64,000 nucleotides of DNA from Ruditapes philippinarum (taxonomy: Eukaryota): contig NW_026861101.1 of the NCBI RefSeq assembly GCF_026571515.1, positions 1 through 64,000 on the forward strand. Direction: 5' to 3'. Below the pieces are notes generated by a model. The model worked only from the letters and a program-made list of their open reading frames with translations. It was not told the origin of the DNA and did not search any database. Made by a program: the position numbers and the translations under genes. Shown piece by piece: positions 42,486 through 53,800 of this stretch (position 1 is the stretch's first letter; each line of letters starts with the position of its first letter).

Positions 42486-45400
42486 TCAAAACAATCACAC
42501 AAATCAGCAAGATTCGGATTAGAACACTTCTGATCAAACAGATTTACATTAAAATGGACTATTTGTCGATGTTGATTAACGTCTCTGGAAAGAAGCCTTC
42601 GTCATAAGACACATAACACAATCAATGATTTCACTTGCAGGCGTTATTGGTAATTTTGTATGCTAAGCGAATATATATTTCAGTAGTACAGCTAACTCAA
42701 AGTTTTATCTTATGTACTGTTATTTGAAAGAGAAAATCTTTGTATTAATTTCGAAAGATTTATTGATGACGATAATAATTTAATATGTTATTGTTAATTA
42801 AAGGTATAGTTTTATAATGTGCTGCTAAAGTATTTGGATACGGAACATATATTGTATATGTTGTTTCTATAAAATATACGATTTCTTTTTCACTCAGTCA
42901 ATTATTTAAGTTGGATATACGTACATGTGATCGGGTAAGATTTAAGATTTTCTTTCTTATATTTATTATGTCTCTTGACTGTGTATGATCAAAAAGTTCA
43001 TGTATACAATCTAAAAAGTCAGAAATACAAAAACTAAATTTGCAAGAAAAAGTAATCGAAGAAATCGAATGAACTATCCTTACTCTTTGAAGTAATATAT
43101 CCTCGTATTAGGCATAAAACGAAGATTTCATTTAAAAAGAAGTTTTTTCGTAAAGCACAAAACAGTCGTGGACAAAACAGAAAATTAGAAAAATAACTAT
43201 TTAATTTTATCTGTCATTTCTTTAGTATTAATTGATCAATATACATGTATCTTAATTTCTATCATCAGAAAGCCAAGTAGAGTTTTAATATTTATCCTAA
43301 CTAAATTGAATATGAAAATTGTTCTAATGGTTTAGAGACCTGCAGTTTTAAGAGAGGTGTCAATAAATTGTTATCTTAATATCTATATCACAGTCATGAA
43401 CTTGTTTGTGCATATTTTAGAGAGATTACTGTGTGTTATTACCTGCAATAATATGTAGATAACGTGCTTAAAAGCAGTTATGCTAACCTCGCAAGTTTAA
43501 ACTCGTTTAAATACTTTAAGATAATTTTTGGAATTTTTTTTTACTAATTTTACGATACTGTCATAATCTGTTCGTATACTTTAATTACGTTTAAAGCAAT
43601 GTGCCACTTTTACAGTTGTTTACAACTTTCACAATTCTGTAACCCACTTTTGCAATATTTTGCCACTTTTACAGCATTTTCATCACGTTTAAAAATAATT
43701 TGACAAAGAATAATGTAAACAAATATTAACTGGGCACAGTAATCTTATTCAATTCAAACTCACAATTTTAGTATTATAATTTTACTTGCTTAAAACGTAT
43801 ATTGTTCGTATTTGAATTAATAAAATAACCTAATAAAATCTTGTTTAAGTCTGTGTTGTTATATTTTTGACAACAAAACTAAAATCGGCTAAATGCCAAA
43901 CATATGTTTGACGTATAGAAACAGTATACGATGCCAATTTTCCTGCTCCAACAGGTTTTTTCTTTCTTTCTCGATTGTCATAACATGTGTCAAGATGTCG
44001 TATAAAAAGGTATAATTCATTAATTGGATGGGCACATTGATCGTATTATGATGCAATAACATTATTAAAAGCTCTATCATTTTACTAGATCAAATTATAC
44101 GGGAAATGGTAAGATAAAACTAGCTATTCGTTGTCGTCATATTTTTATATCGTTGTACTAAAATAATATGTTTACAGAGACAATAGGGCATGTTTAACTT
44201 ATTATATTTTACCACATGGTTAAAAGTTAAAACTTAGATAATTATGTCCTTTAAATGTTAATGGGGACAAGGCCTTTATGATATATAATAAATCATATAA
44301 AACTCAGTCAACAGTTTTTTCTCAAAACATTTTATCAAATTATCCAAACTACACATGTCTATTATTTTATCAAAATATGTAAAACGTTTCGGAAAATGTG
44401 TCTATAGTAAACTAACCGACTTTAAGCACTTTAACATAATGTCAATTGACGTATTAAATTTGCAAAGACTTTTAAAGCCTTTTTTCATCTTTTTATAATA
44501 GGAAACAGTACGATATCATGCTTCCTAAGAAGAAGTTAAACACGCTTTTCATTCAGCCACAAAAAAAGCAAGAAAAGAAAGAAAACGCGCTAATGTTTAG
44601 GTTTATCTATCTTTTATTAATTATTTATTGTTCAATATTTCTTATCATAAATGACTATAATTATTAAAATTAGTGTGAGCATTTATCGTATCAATTATAT
44701 GTAAACTATATATCAGTTATATATATCATTATGTATGTAAATGATTCCGAGAAATCTTATTTGGAATGAGAAAGTGTTAAGGAGCTGACAAAAATGTATG
44801 AAATGTCACGAATACATTAATACGTCTTTGTTTGATATAATATGACTGTGTATATTTCGAAAGTGAATGATGCAAATATGTATAACAAGCAATAATAATA
44901 ACTATTTAATTACTATTTAAGATACATCATGTTATTTTATGTTATTTTATAAATGATATTCTAATCGTATGACATAATACCTGAGAGCATAGGGGGATTT
45001 TTATCAACTCTAAAGTTCGTATTTCTATATTAAATAGCGCATGGAAACGCTCGAACTTACGACAATAAAGGCAAGGAGGTGAAATAAAACCGGTAATATA
45101 TCCCATTTATGAAGGCAATTATATCGACCCTCAGCCTTTTGCATGGACGCATGGACCCAATATCTGTACCGATCAATAAAGTTAATTCAGTAAGCAGATC
45201 AATATAAAGTTCGTCATAGCATTGTTAAGTTATGCAAATCAGTATAAAAAAGGCGCCCAACACCTTTCAAAAAGTTATGAATTTCAATGCATGTCCTATT
45301 TCTAGGGTCAGCAAAAGAGACTACATGGCATATTAACGTTACTTACAAAACATGAAGAAATATATTGATGCAGTAGAATGTTTAACATGATTTACGTTTT

Positions 45401-45569
45401 AACATGATCGGTAGCTCGATTTTCTCCAACAAATTAAATGAAAAGTTCTGGATCGACTAAGGAAATAATAACCTCGTATCCTGCAGTTTCATTATTGAAC
45501 TGTTGCAATAAAAGATGAAATTTTAGGAAGCATTTTACAAGAAATATAACCGGGCTTAAATTGACATTT

Positions 45570-45822
45570 AAAGGTTGGGGTTTACGTCGCACCAAGGCTG
45601 TAATTCGCATGGCTACTTTCCAGCTTCTGTGTTGAAGAAATACCTCAGGTGTCCCTTCATGCATTATTTCAGACACGACCAGGCACCTTAGCACATCCAA
45701 GCACGTACCGTAAGCAAGCTGTATAGCTTTCTCACAAACATTAAAAAGTAAAAATCCCAAGCTTGATTAGAACCCGCAGCAGTAAGGGGCAAGTATTTTA
45801 GGAACACCGGCCACGGACGCTC
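45570..45822 (-). mobile_element. Degenerate tRNA-derived SINE (partial paralog at ~34630-34765)
   Basis: Reverse-oriented A/B-box remnants (ggccacgg, gaacccg) and tail-side gggtttacgtcgcacc; occupies the same position in both C blocks. Confidence 0.65.
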
Positions 45823-46064
45823 TTTTAAATGAAAAAGAAAGCGATAAGCGTTCAAAGCACACATTTCAAGATATCTTTCTTTTACTTTTATTTTTCAATA
45901 CAAAGCGTATTGAAAGAATTCGTGTAGAACCAGATAAAGTCAAAAGATTAATATCAATTAACCAGATAATCCATAATGCCTTATCAGGTTTTTCAATTGT
46001 ATTAAAAGAAGTTGCACAAAAACTACTGGAAATCAGTTAAAATCGGGTACTGGATCAGATAAAC

Positions 46065-46520
46065 CAATGCCACATAAAACTGCGTAAGCTCTGCGTTCCT
46101 ACGATGTTAAATGATAATTTTACATTGTAAGAAATGTATGATACTTTTCGTAAAGCTGTACACTTCACGGCGTAGTCACTGCAACGACTACAGAGCATAC
46201 ACGGCGACCCACTGTATCCTTTGTGAGTTTTATTTAGCAATTGTGTGCGCTCGTTCTACGCATCCACTGCATTCTTCGCGCTTTAACAGCACAAGTACAG
46301 CGGTACAAACACAACAGCGTCGCAGTGACATCTCGGAGAACGCCGTCTATTATTTCTACATGCACCATGGATAACTGCAGCGTTCGCACTACCAACTATG
46401 TTCTGTTGAATGGACCTACGGCATGCGCACAGCGTTCTCAGTTCTGTGTATGCTTAGCATGCTAAATTAGCACGCTTAAAGGTCATTGGGTGGCGTTGTA
46501 TGCCTTTACACCGTTCTGAT
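46065..46520. mobile_element. Relatively GC-rich DNA-transposon fragment (shorter paralog at ~34775-35045)
   Basis: Repeated cacggcg/ctacgg/gcgttc motifs; shared between both C blocks. Confidence 0.45.
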
Positions 46521-48985
46521 TTTTTATCAGAGATATAAGATTTAAGTTTAACTGAAGTTTTACTTTTGGGGTTGCATTCATTGTCCTTGTTGATCTTGTT
46601 TACTTTATTGTATTTGAAATGACTAGACTAAGTGTTAGTTTTTGTTTGTTTATAATTATAAAAATATTTGATGTAGCTCAGTAAAGCTCAGTAAATGTTT
46701 ACAAATCCATAACCAGTAAAGCTTGCTTAAGACTGTTTCTGCTTGGACTTTTATTACCTGTATGTCAATCATACGGGTTTATTCTTCTTCTCCTGTACTG
46801 GAAACAAACAGTTCCTAGTCGATTTAAGTTCTAATTACACTGTATTCCGCTGTTTCTATACTGACCAGATGCAATTCAAATCACGGATATATGTTTAAAG
46901 AATTAACTATGTTGTCAATACGTCAAAGAAATAGCAGGGAAAACACCTTATATTCTGACATTCTGATGTCGTTCTATTTTTCCTTACAAATATTTACTTT
47001 AAAGGTATACGATGTTCCTGTAGAAACTGAATTGAATCCATTGAAATTTACAATTGCTTTTTTACAGTGTTTCTTTTATTAAGTATGCGTTTGTAATTTC
47101 AAAACTGCAACATCTGGTATCATGGTACTGCATTAAATGCATATGAAGTTATATTATTAATGAAAGTAGATTTTTGGCATATTTTAAATTGTAAGTCAAC
47201 ATAATTATAATTATATTCGTGATATACCGTTTAATTTCTTATCATTTATTCTCCATATACCAATCATTTGTTTGCAATAGTCTTGGACTGACAGCAAATA
47301 GTAGTTGTTTGCAAACTGGTGTTGCTTGAATGAATAATATATTGATGCTGAGAACTTCATATGAATATTATGAATTTTATCTACTAATTTTGTACAAGCA
47401 AAAATGCTTGTGATGAATGGTTTAGCAGAATAGAATAAGCGATGAAAAAAAAACTTTGCTTTTTTAAATTAATTTATTTCGACATTATCCAAAATGATTG
47501 CCAAAACGTTGCCGTTGAAATAATTTATAATCATTAAAAAATGAATAGTTAGACAATTTATCGTTCATTTAAATTAATACAATTCATTACCTATAACATT
47601 CTTCTTCCTACTTATGAATTTATATTTATTTCAATTATCATCTATAAACTGTTTCAAATAACTGGGGTGACTGATATATTTGATGAACAAGGGGAAATAA
47701 AGTTATTAAGCGTGCATTTATTATTTTATTCTCATATCAATGTCCTTCGTGTATTTTCACAATTTTCATTGTTGTAGAAACTTTTACTTTTATTTCACCC
47801 TCTAGGAATATTGAAACAACTTTTCATTTTGTGGTAAATTAATTTACACTCTTGTTAAGGTGATGATATATTTCTCTTTAAGTAGACCGATCGAAATACG
47901 GTATATCATAGGGGCGGAGTAATTGCTTTTGTAATGAATACAGTAAATATGGAGGAAACAGATACATGTATGTCCCATGTTTTAAAGCTTGAAAATGACA
48001 CAATAGTTTATCATACAGTTTACAAACTAGATATATAAAGTTTATCTATAACTTTCCATCAGACAGTGCTTACTTTTACATGAACTTTGAGGTTATACAT
48101 GTATAATGAAAAATCACTCCATTCCTGACCGACCGCGATCCCCATTTCCTATACCAGATCATATTCGGTGCCCCACTGGGGGCTTTCCGATCTTTCTGAT
48201 TTATTGGATGTTGTAGGGAACGGCGTTCTATAAGCGTCGCATACCATTATTGGTACTTATATTTAAATCATGACCTTGAAAGACCGATAGGATGTAATAT
48301 GTAATTTAATTGCGCAAGAACATGAAATGCATGATCAAATACGTGGTTTCGCTAGTTAAATCGACATGCCAAAAAGATAATGAAAAAATATACTCATGGC
48401 GAATCGCCGTTAATTATATATTAGTTTTTGTAGGTGAGAGGAATTACAAAAAAAATACATAATTTGAGTTAACAATATACTTGTTTTAATACAGAGATCA
48501 TTGTACTTTTCAAAATAAGGTAAAACTTCCCTGATATTTTCGATGAGAATAGTTTTTGTTTAAACAGGCGGTGAATGGTTTGATACAGAAAACCATAATG
48601 TATAGAGTAACAGCGGAATTAAATCGAAAGTATTATCTTCAAATACTTCAAAAATAGAGAATTTAGAATCCTACTTAAATAGCAGGATAACATTTCATTC
48701 AGGAACATTTTTTACTGTTTACGCACGCATTTTATTAGCGTATAATAATAGAAACATTCTGTGTAACAACTATTTCTGGAATCAGCCATACGAGTAAGGA
48801 AACAACAAAATTTTACCGTTTTAACATTTTATTGAGTATTTCATAAGTGAACGTTATACCTGTAATGTAAATTTGTTCTTACAATAATATGATAGTAATT
48901 TGAGAAAAAAATGTTCTTAAATGTATATTTTGTTTGTTTGCTTGTTTGTTTCTTGGTTGGTTTGTAGGCAGTTTTGGGTAGTATC

Positions 48986-49197
48986 NNNNNNNNNNNNNNN
49001 NNNNNNNNNNNNNNNNNNNNNNNNNNNNNNNNNNNNNNNNNNNNNNNNNNNNNNNNNNNNNNNNNNNNNNNNNNNNNNNNNNNNNNNNNNNNNNNNNNNN
49101 NNNNNNNNNNNNNNNNNNNNNNNNNNNNNNNNNNNNNNNNNNNNNNNNNNNNNNNNNNNNNNNNNNNNNNNNNNNNNNNNNNNNNNNNNNNNNNNNN
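48986..49197. other. Assembly gap (212 N)
   Basis: Run of N. Confidence 1.
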
Positions 49198-50808
49198 ACT
49201 GTTGTAAGATCGTTTCAATATACCTACAAATTCAAATAAAATTGTTATTGTTTGATGAAAGCATTAGGCTTATAAGAACATGAACTAAAATGCCACTTAA
49301 CTCGAGAGACAAAAAGTGGTATTCTCTTTAAAGCTGATGAATATGTTTGTTTATTTATATTTATAAAGCAAAATAATACTACCATTTGAAAAACAGATTT
49401 GGACGGTTTCTCTTTCGCAATGTCCGTTTGTTAAGTCTTATTTTTAATTTCGTGACTAGATTTGGAAAGTTGTCCTTATGATAATCAAATGAACAAAGTT
49501 TTTTGTTTGTTTGTTTTGGGTTTTACGTCAGATCGACACAAAATGAAGAAAGTGAGAAACTTATTTTATTATAAAAGTTTTATAGATAAATAACCAATAA
49601 AAGATCTTAGCGGCTTCTTTTAATAGTTCCACAGGTTTTTGTTGAATATAGATTGTTCATTCGTTACATATGTCTTCTGCTGTATAAATTATATGGTATG
49701 ATAGCACATAGCAGTGAGATATAGTCTTCATTCCATCCGAGTAAGTTTAGCAGTTAATTTAGTGTTTTATTGCATCGATCGCAACTCCTTCTGCTATAAG
49801 TCTAGCTGACCTTCTTTACACAATTCAACGTTTTCATGGACGAGAGGGAAAGTGTCAATTTGACGGATCGGTAATTATTTGCTGTATCAGTTCATCTGCA
49901 AATATCTCGAAATAATTAATTATTCCTATGTCGATATAAAAGATAAATTCTATATAGGATGGAGCTTTTGGACGCGGATAATATCATGTAGCGTTCCACT
50001 TCCATCAATGCCTAGATAAATCTAACAATGTATCAAGTATCAAAATATAAAAGATATAAGATTGTCAATAAAGTGTTGCCATACTTTTTGCCGTAGCACA
50101 GAGTATTGCAATGATTTTTTGTTTAAGAAAATAAAAATATTTTTCACAATTATAGAAACATGCCTACATTTCATGTTGCTCGACTCTAATAATGATTATA
50201 CGTTATCAAGTAATATTGTGACAAAAGTTTTATACCATAATTTTATTAATTTATTTTTTAATTTATTTAAATATTTATTAATTGATTTTTTTTATTTAGT
50301 CGTCTCGGTCGACCGGTTGGTTAGTAGTCCATTTAATTCAGTTGTTATTTCAGTAATCTAATTTATGTTCGAATATGATCGAAACTTACACGATCTCGCG
50401 AGTGACAAAAAAATCTTGCCAAAAATACCTTAAGGACATTTGCTACACATTTCAGACAGACTGCCGCTCGTTCATGTTTTCAAGATCTTGGAATATGACA
50501 GAGTAAATTAAAGAAGGAGCCGCCTTCAGCAAACATACATTTCGAATTTTTATCACTCGTGTTTCCGTGATGTCTACATAATAATTCCCCATCTGCTTAA
50601 TACTTTTAGTCTTGAAATTGTATATCAAATATACGTCGGACATGATAGTGTGTGCCTTGTAAACACTGGAAACATTAGCAAACAAAAGTTTGTAAAAACG
50701 GCAATAGTTTTGTTTGAAAGTAGATGAAAGAACGTGCCGTATTTAGACTAGTAACAACTGTTTTATATTAATATGATAAATTGTACACCAAACTCATTTT
50801 CTTTGCAG

Positions 50809-50880
50809 ATCAATCAATCAGAATGGAGAAAATGCAGATATTATGTTACGAAATAATAGCACACGGTCCGCCAGGGCCAG
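50809..50880 (+). CDS. Class B GPCR exon (N-terminal helix of ECD: QSIRMEKMQILCYEIIAHGPPGP)
   Basis: ctttgcag acceptor, gtgagt donor, 72 nt, phase 1/1; carries first ECD Cys. Confidence 0.85.
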
Positions 50881-53800
50881 GTGAGTTTTTGAAATATAAA
50901 CATGATTATGTCTTTCATAAAATTTGAAATAAATTTACTTTTTCTATCAGACCACTATCTCCAATTTTGATAAAAAGTAGAAAAATACAACCCTAAAACG
51001 GCAAATTTGAAATTTATGCGAGCACGGTTTGATTGTGTCGCCCATGGTCGGTTGTAATTCATAAATAAGCTACTTCCACTGTACTAAGCATCAGATTCAG
51101 CAAAATTATTCGCCAGTCATGAGCATAACTTTCAAATCAATTGTCAGATCAATCGAGGCAAAAATTGAACCTTCTTACTTATATATATGTAAATTCAATG
51201 TTAAAGTCGACAAAATTTATGTACACTGTACTGTTTAATGAAGAACAATTTAATCCGTCTTAGTGTATTCACTAATACACCTTGGTGAGGCGAGGTGCTA
51301 TATTTGCAAGCTTCACTCAAATAACTTTACAGAGTTCATTTGAATACAAGACATATTACTGAAACGAGCATACTGTGTTCACTAAATTAGGCATCTGATA
51401 TTTGCATTGTTTGTATCTATTATGTTGCATGGGAACTCAACAAACACACATGACAGATATTTATGAGAACATAACAAAACAGTAATTCGTAATAGTTAAT
51501 GTAAACGTCATGCTTTTGTAAATCGGCTGAGAAAACATAAAATCCCTTTGGTTACTTATAAATATTATACCATCAATCAAGTAAAAATTGACATAAAAGG
51601 TTACTTAATTCTATTGCTGAGATTTATCAAAATCAGCAGCAAGTCTATCTGACTTCAGATGAAATATAGAAGTTTTATATAAAAGACAACGATATCAAAG
51701 AAGATTTAATCAAAATGTGTCTGAACAAATAAATTGAAAAAGTCAATCCGCCTTTCCCTTGGTGTTTTATTGAAAAGATTTGCTGATTTGCTTTTTTCAT
51801 ATACATGTCATTTTTATTGAAGGATTGTACTGTAACGCAACCTGGGACGGGGCAATGTGTTGGGACTACACGCCCGCCGGCTCCCCTGCCATTAAGCCTT
51901 GTGCAGAGTACATACCAAGCTTCAAACCATCAGGTATATGAAATACAGATTTATTATTATACTTAAACATGTATGTTGATTTTCTGTCCTTCAGTTTTGC
52001 GTTCGTTTGTTTTGTTATTTCTTTATTTTTTTCATAATAATTTATTTATTCATTTATTAATTTATTTATTTATCATTTATTTATTTATTTATTGTTTTCA
52101 GTGTTTTGACTGATCAACTGATAAAATCACTTCTTTTGTCGTCTTTAACGTTTTGACAAAACTTTTGAATTTCGCCAAATTACAATAAACACTATCATTA
52201 AGGTACCCAATCATTTCAAGTACCGTATGGATCTGATATGGATTTGTTTGTATTCCGGAAATAAAAAGCGATACTAGATGGAGTACAATATTAATTTGAT
52301 ATGCAATATTTTGCACTCGGAAAATGAAATGATTTGATTCAATAATAATAAATATTGGAAATTCACCTGTTGCAATGACAGAAGCTTATTTGTTACACTT
52401 TATATGGTATGGATGCTTCATCGTCTAATCTGTATGGAGTAATATTAGAAATTGATTTTTTAAATATTAAATCAATTATAAGAAAAAAAATGATTTTCCA
52501 CTTTTCCGTTTTTACATTTACCCTGAATTTAATCAATAATTAAATTGCATATAATGTTACTGATTTCAATAACATACATGCAAAGCTTATTAAAATGTTT
52601 ATTTTGTTGGAAACGTTATAAATCTATTACCATATTTGAATAGACCAATGGCGTTACTTGATTAAATTGCATGTTTTACGTAACGAGTATCACAGTCTCA
52701 TTAAGTGTAGGAATTTCGCAAATGAAACGCCATTCAGTATATTGTTATTTTTATGTGTCAATTAATTGAAAGTGCATTTGGAATAACAATGCATATGGGA
52801 TTAGGAATTTGTAATCAAATTATTTAATGAAATTGTTAATATCCGTTCTTCCTAAATAATTCATAAAAGTCATCAAATTAACATTGTTTTTATCATCATT
52901 ATCATTTCTTAATTAAACACAATATTATAACATAAATTACGTTCAAACATTTTTGATGAAAATGATTTCAAAACAGTACTTATGGGAAGATAGTATGGTT
53001 CTAAAAATAGAAATACTTACATCCGTATCAACAATAATATATATATTAATTTTACATATATATAAAAAAGTATGTTTTGGGAAATGCAGAGTACAAAGTT
53101 CGTTAATTTTTTATACGTTTATTTCTGTTAGCGCTTTCAAATGTTTTCACATATCTTCAGACAGTAACGTATAATATAATCATAACAAATATAACAATGA
53201 CGTAACGTTATAAAAGTGCGGGAAACGTAAAAATACGACGTTGCGCTGCAAATGAAATTTTCTTTTACTCTCTCTATAAGAAGTATTGAATTGCTACAAA
53301 AATACATAGGGTAAATATTCTATAAAGGGAGGTAATAAATAAGTATTAAAATTCAAAACATTGACTAATTATACAAGGAGATACAACGTTTGCATTACTA
53401 ATAAATACTTTTTAATATTAGTGAGCTTAACGAGTAAAAATATGTCAGAAAATGTTTTACTTGAAACCACGTGGAAATGGAAAAATATTTACTTATATAA
53501 ATGTAAAGGTCTTGCATGAACCTCATAGACTAAATAAAGGGAGGTAATAAATATGCTTTAAAATTAAAAGCATTGACTTATCATAGACGTAAATGCAAAA
53601 TTTAAATTACTAATAAGTACTTTTTTTAATTTTACATTATATACGTCTGGCGATACCAAGTGTTCAATGAGGACCATCAAACATTCAGACGCGACGTGGG
53701 TGATAACACAAAACAGGAATCTGTACCTGACAGTGTATTAATCTTGAAAAAAATCAAAATATATTCAAATGTAAAAATACATTAAACGTAAGTGAATAAC

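Larger units (their letters stand above)
35750..45540 (+). pseudogene. Decayed LRR-hinge-7TM module array, GRL101/LGR-like (right segment, interrupted by TE at 39.9-42.5 kb)
   Basis: IICCLHVQISC 36397, YLCC ~39155, ERFI 42753, SLCCY 43848, TM1 WMGTLIVL*CNNI 44025, VLDR 45445; paralogous to the middle segment. Confidence 0.7.

Noticed and set aside
420-45540. Stop-codon reassignment or readthrough rescuing the array as live genes
   Set aside because: All three stop types plus frequent frameshifts and TE insertions are present. The neighbouring GPCR reads cleanly in the standard code.
47046-47130. Candidate 5' exon of the class B GPCR (tttacag acceptor at 47067)
   Set aside because: No convincing signal peptide or phase-compatible strong donor.
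48841-49283. ORFs of 77-125 aa
   Set aside because: Artefacts of translating through the N gap.
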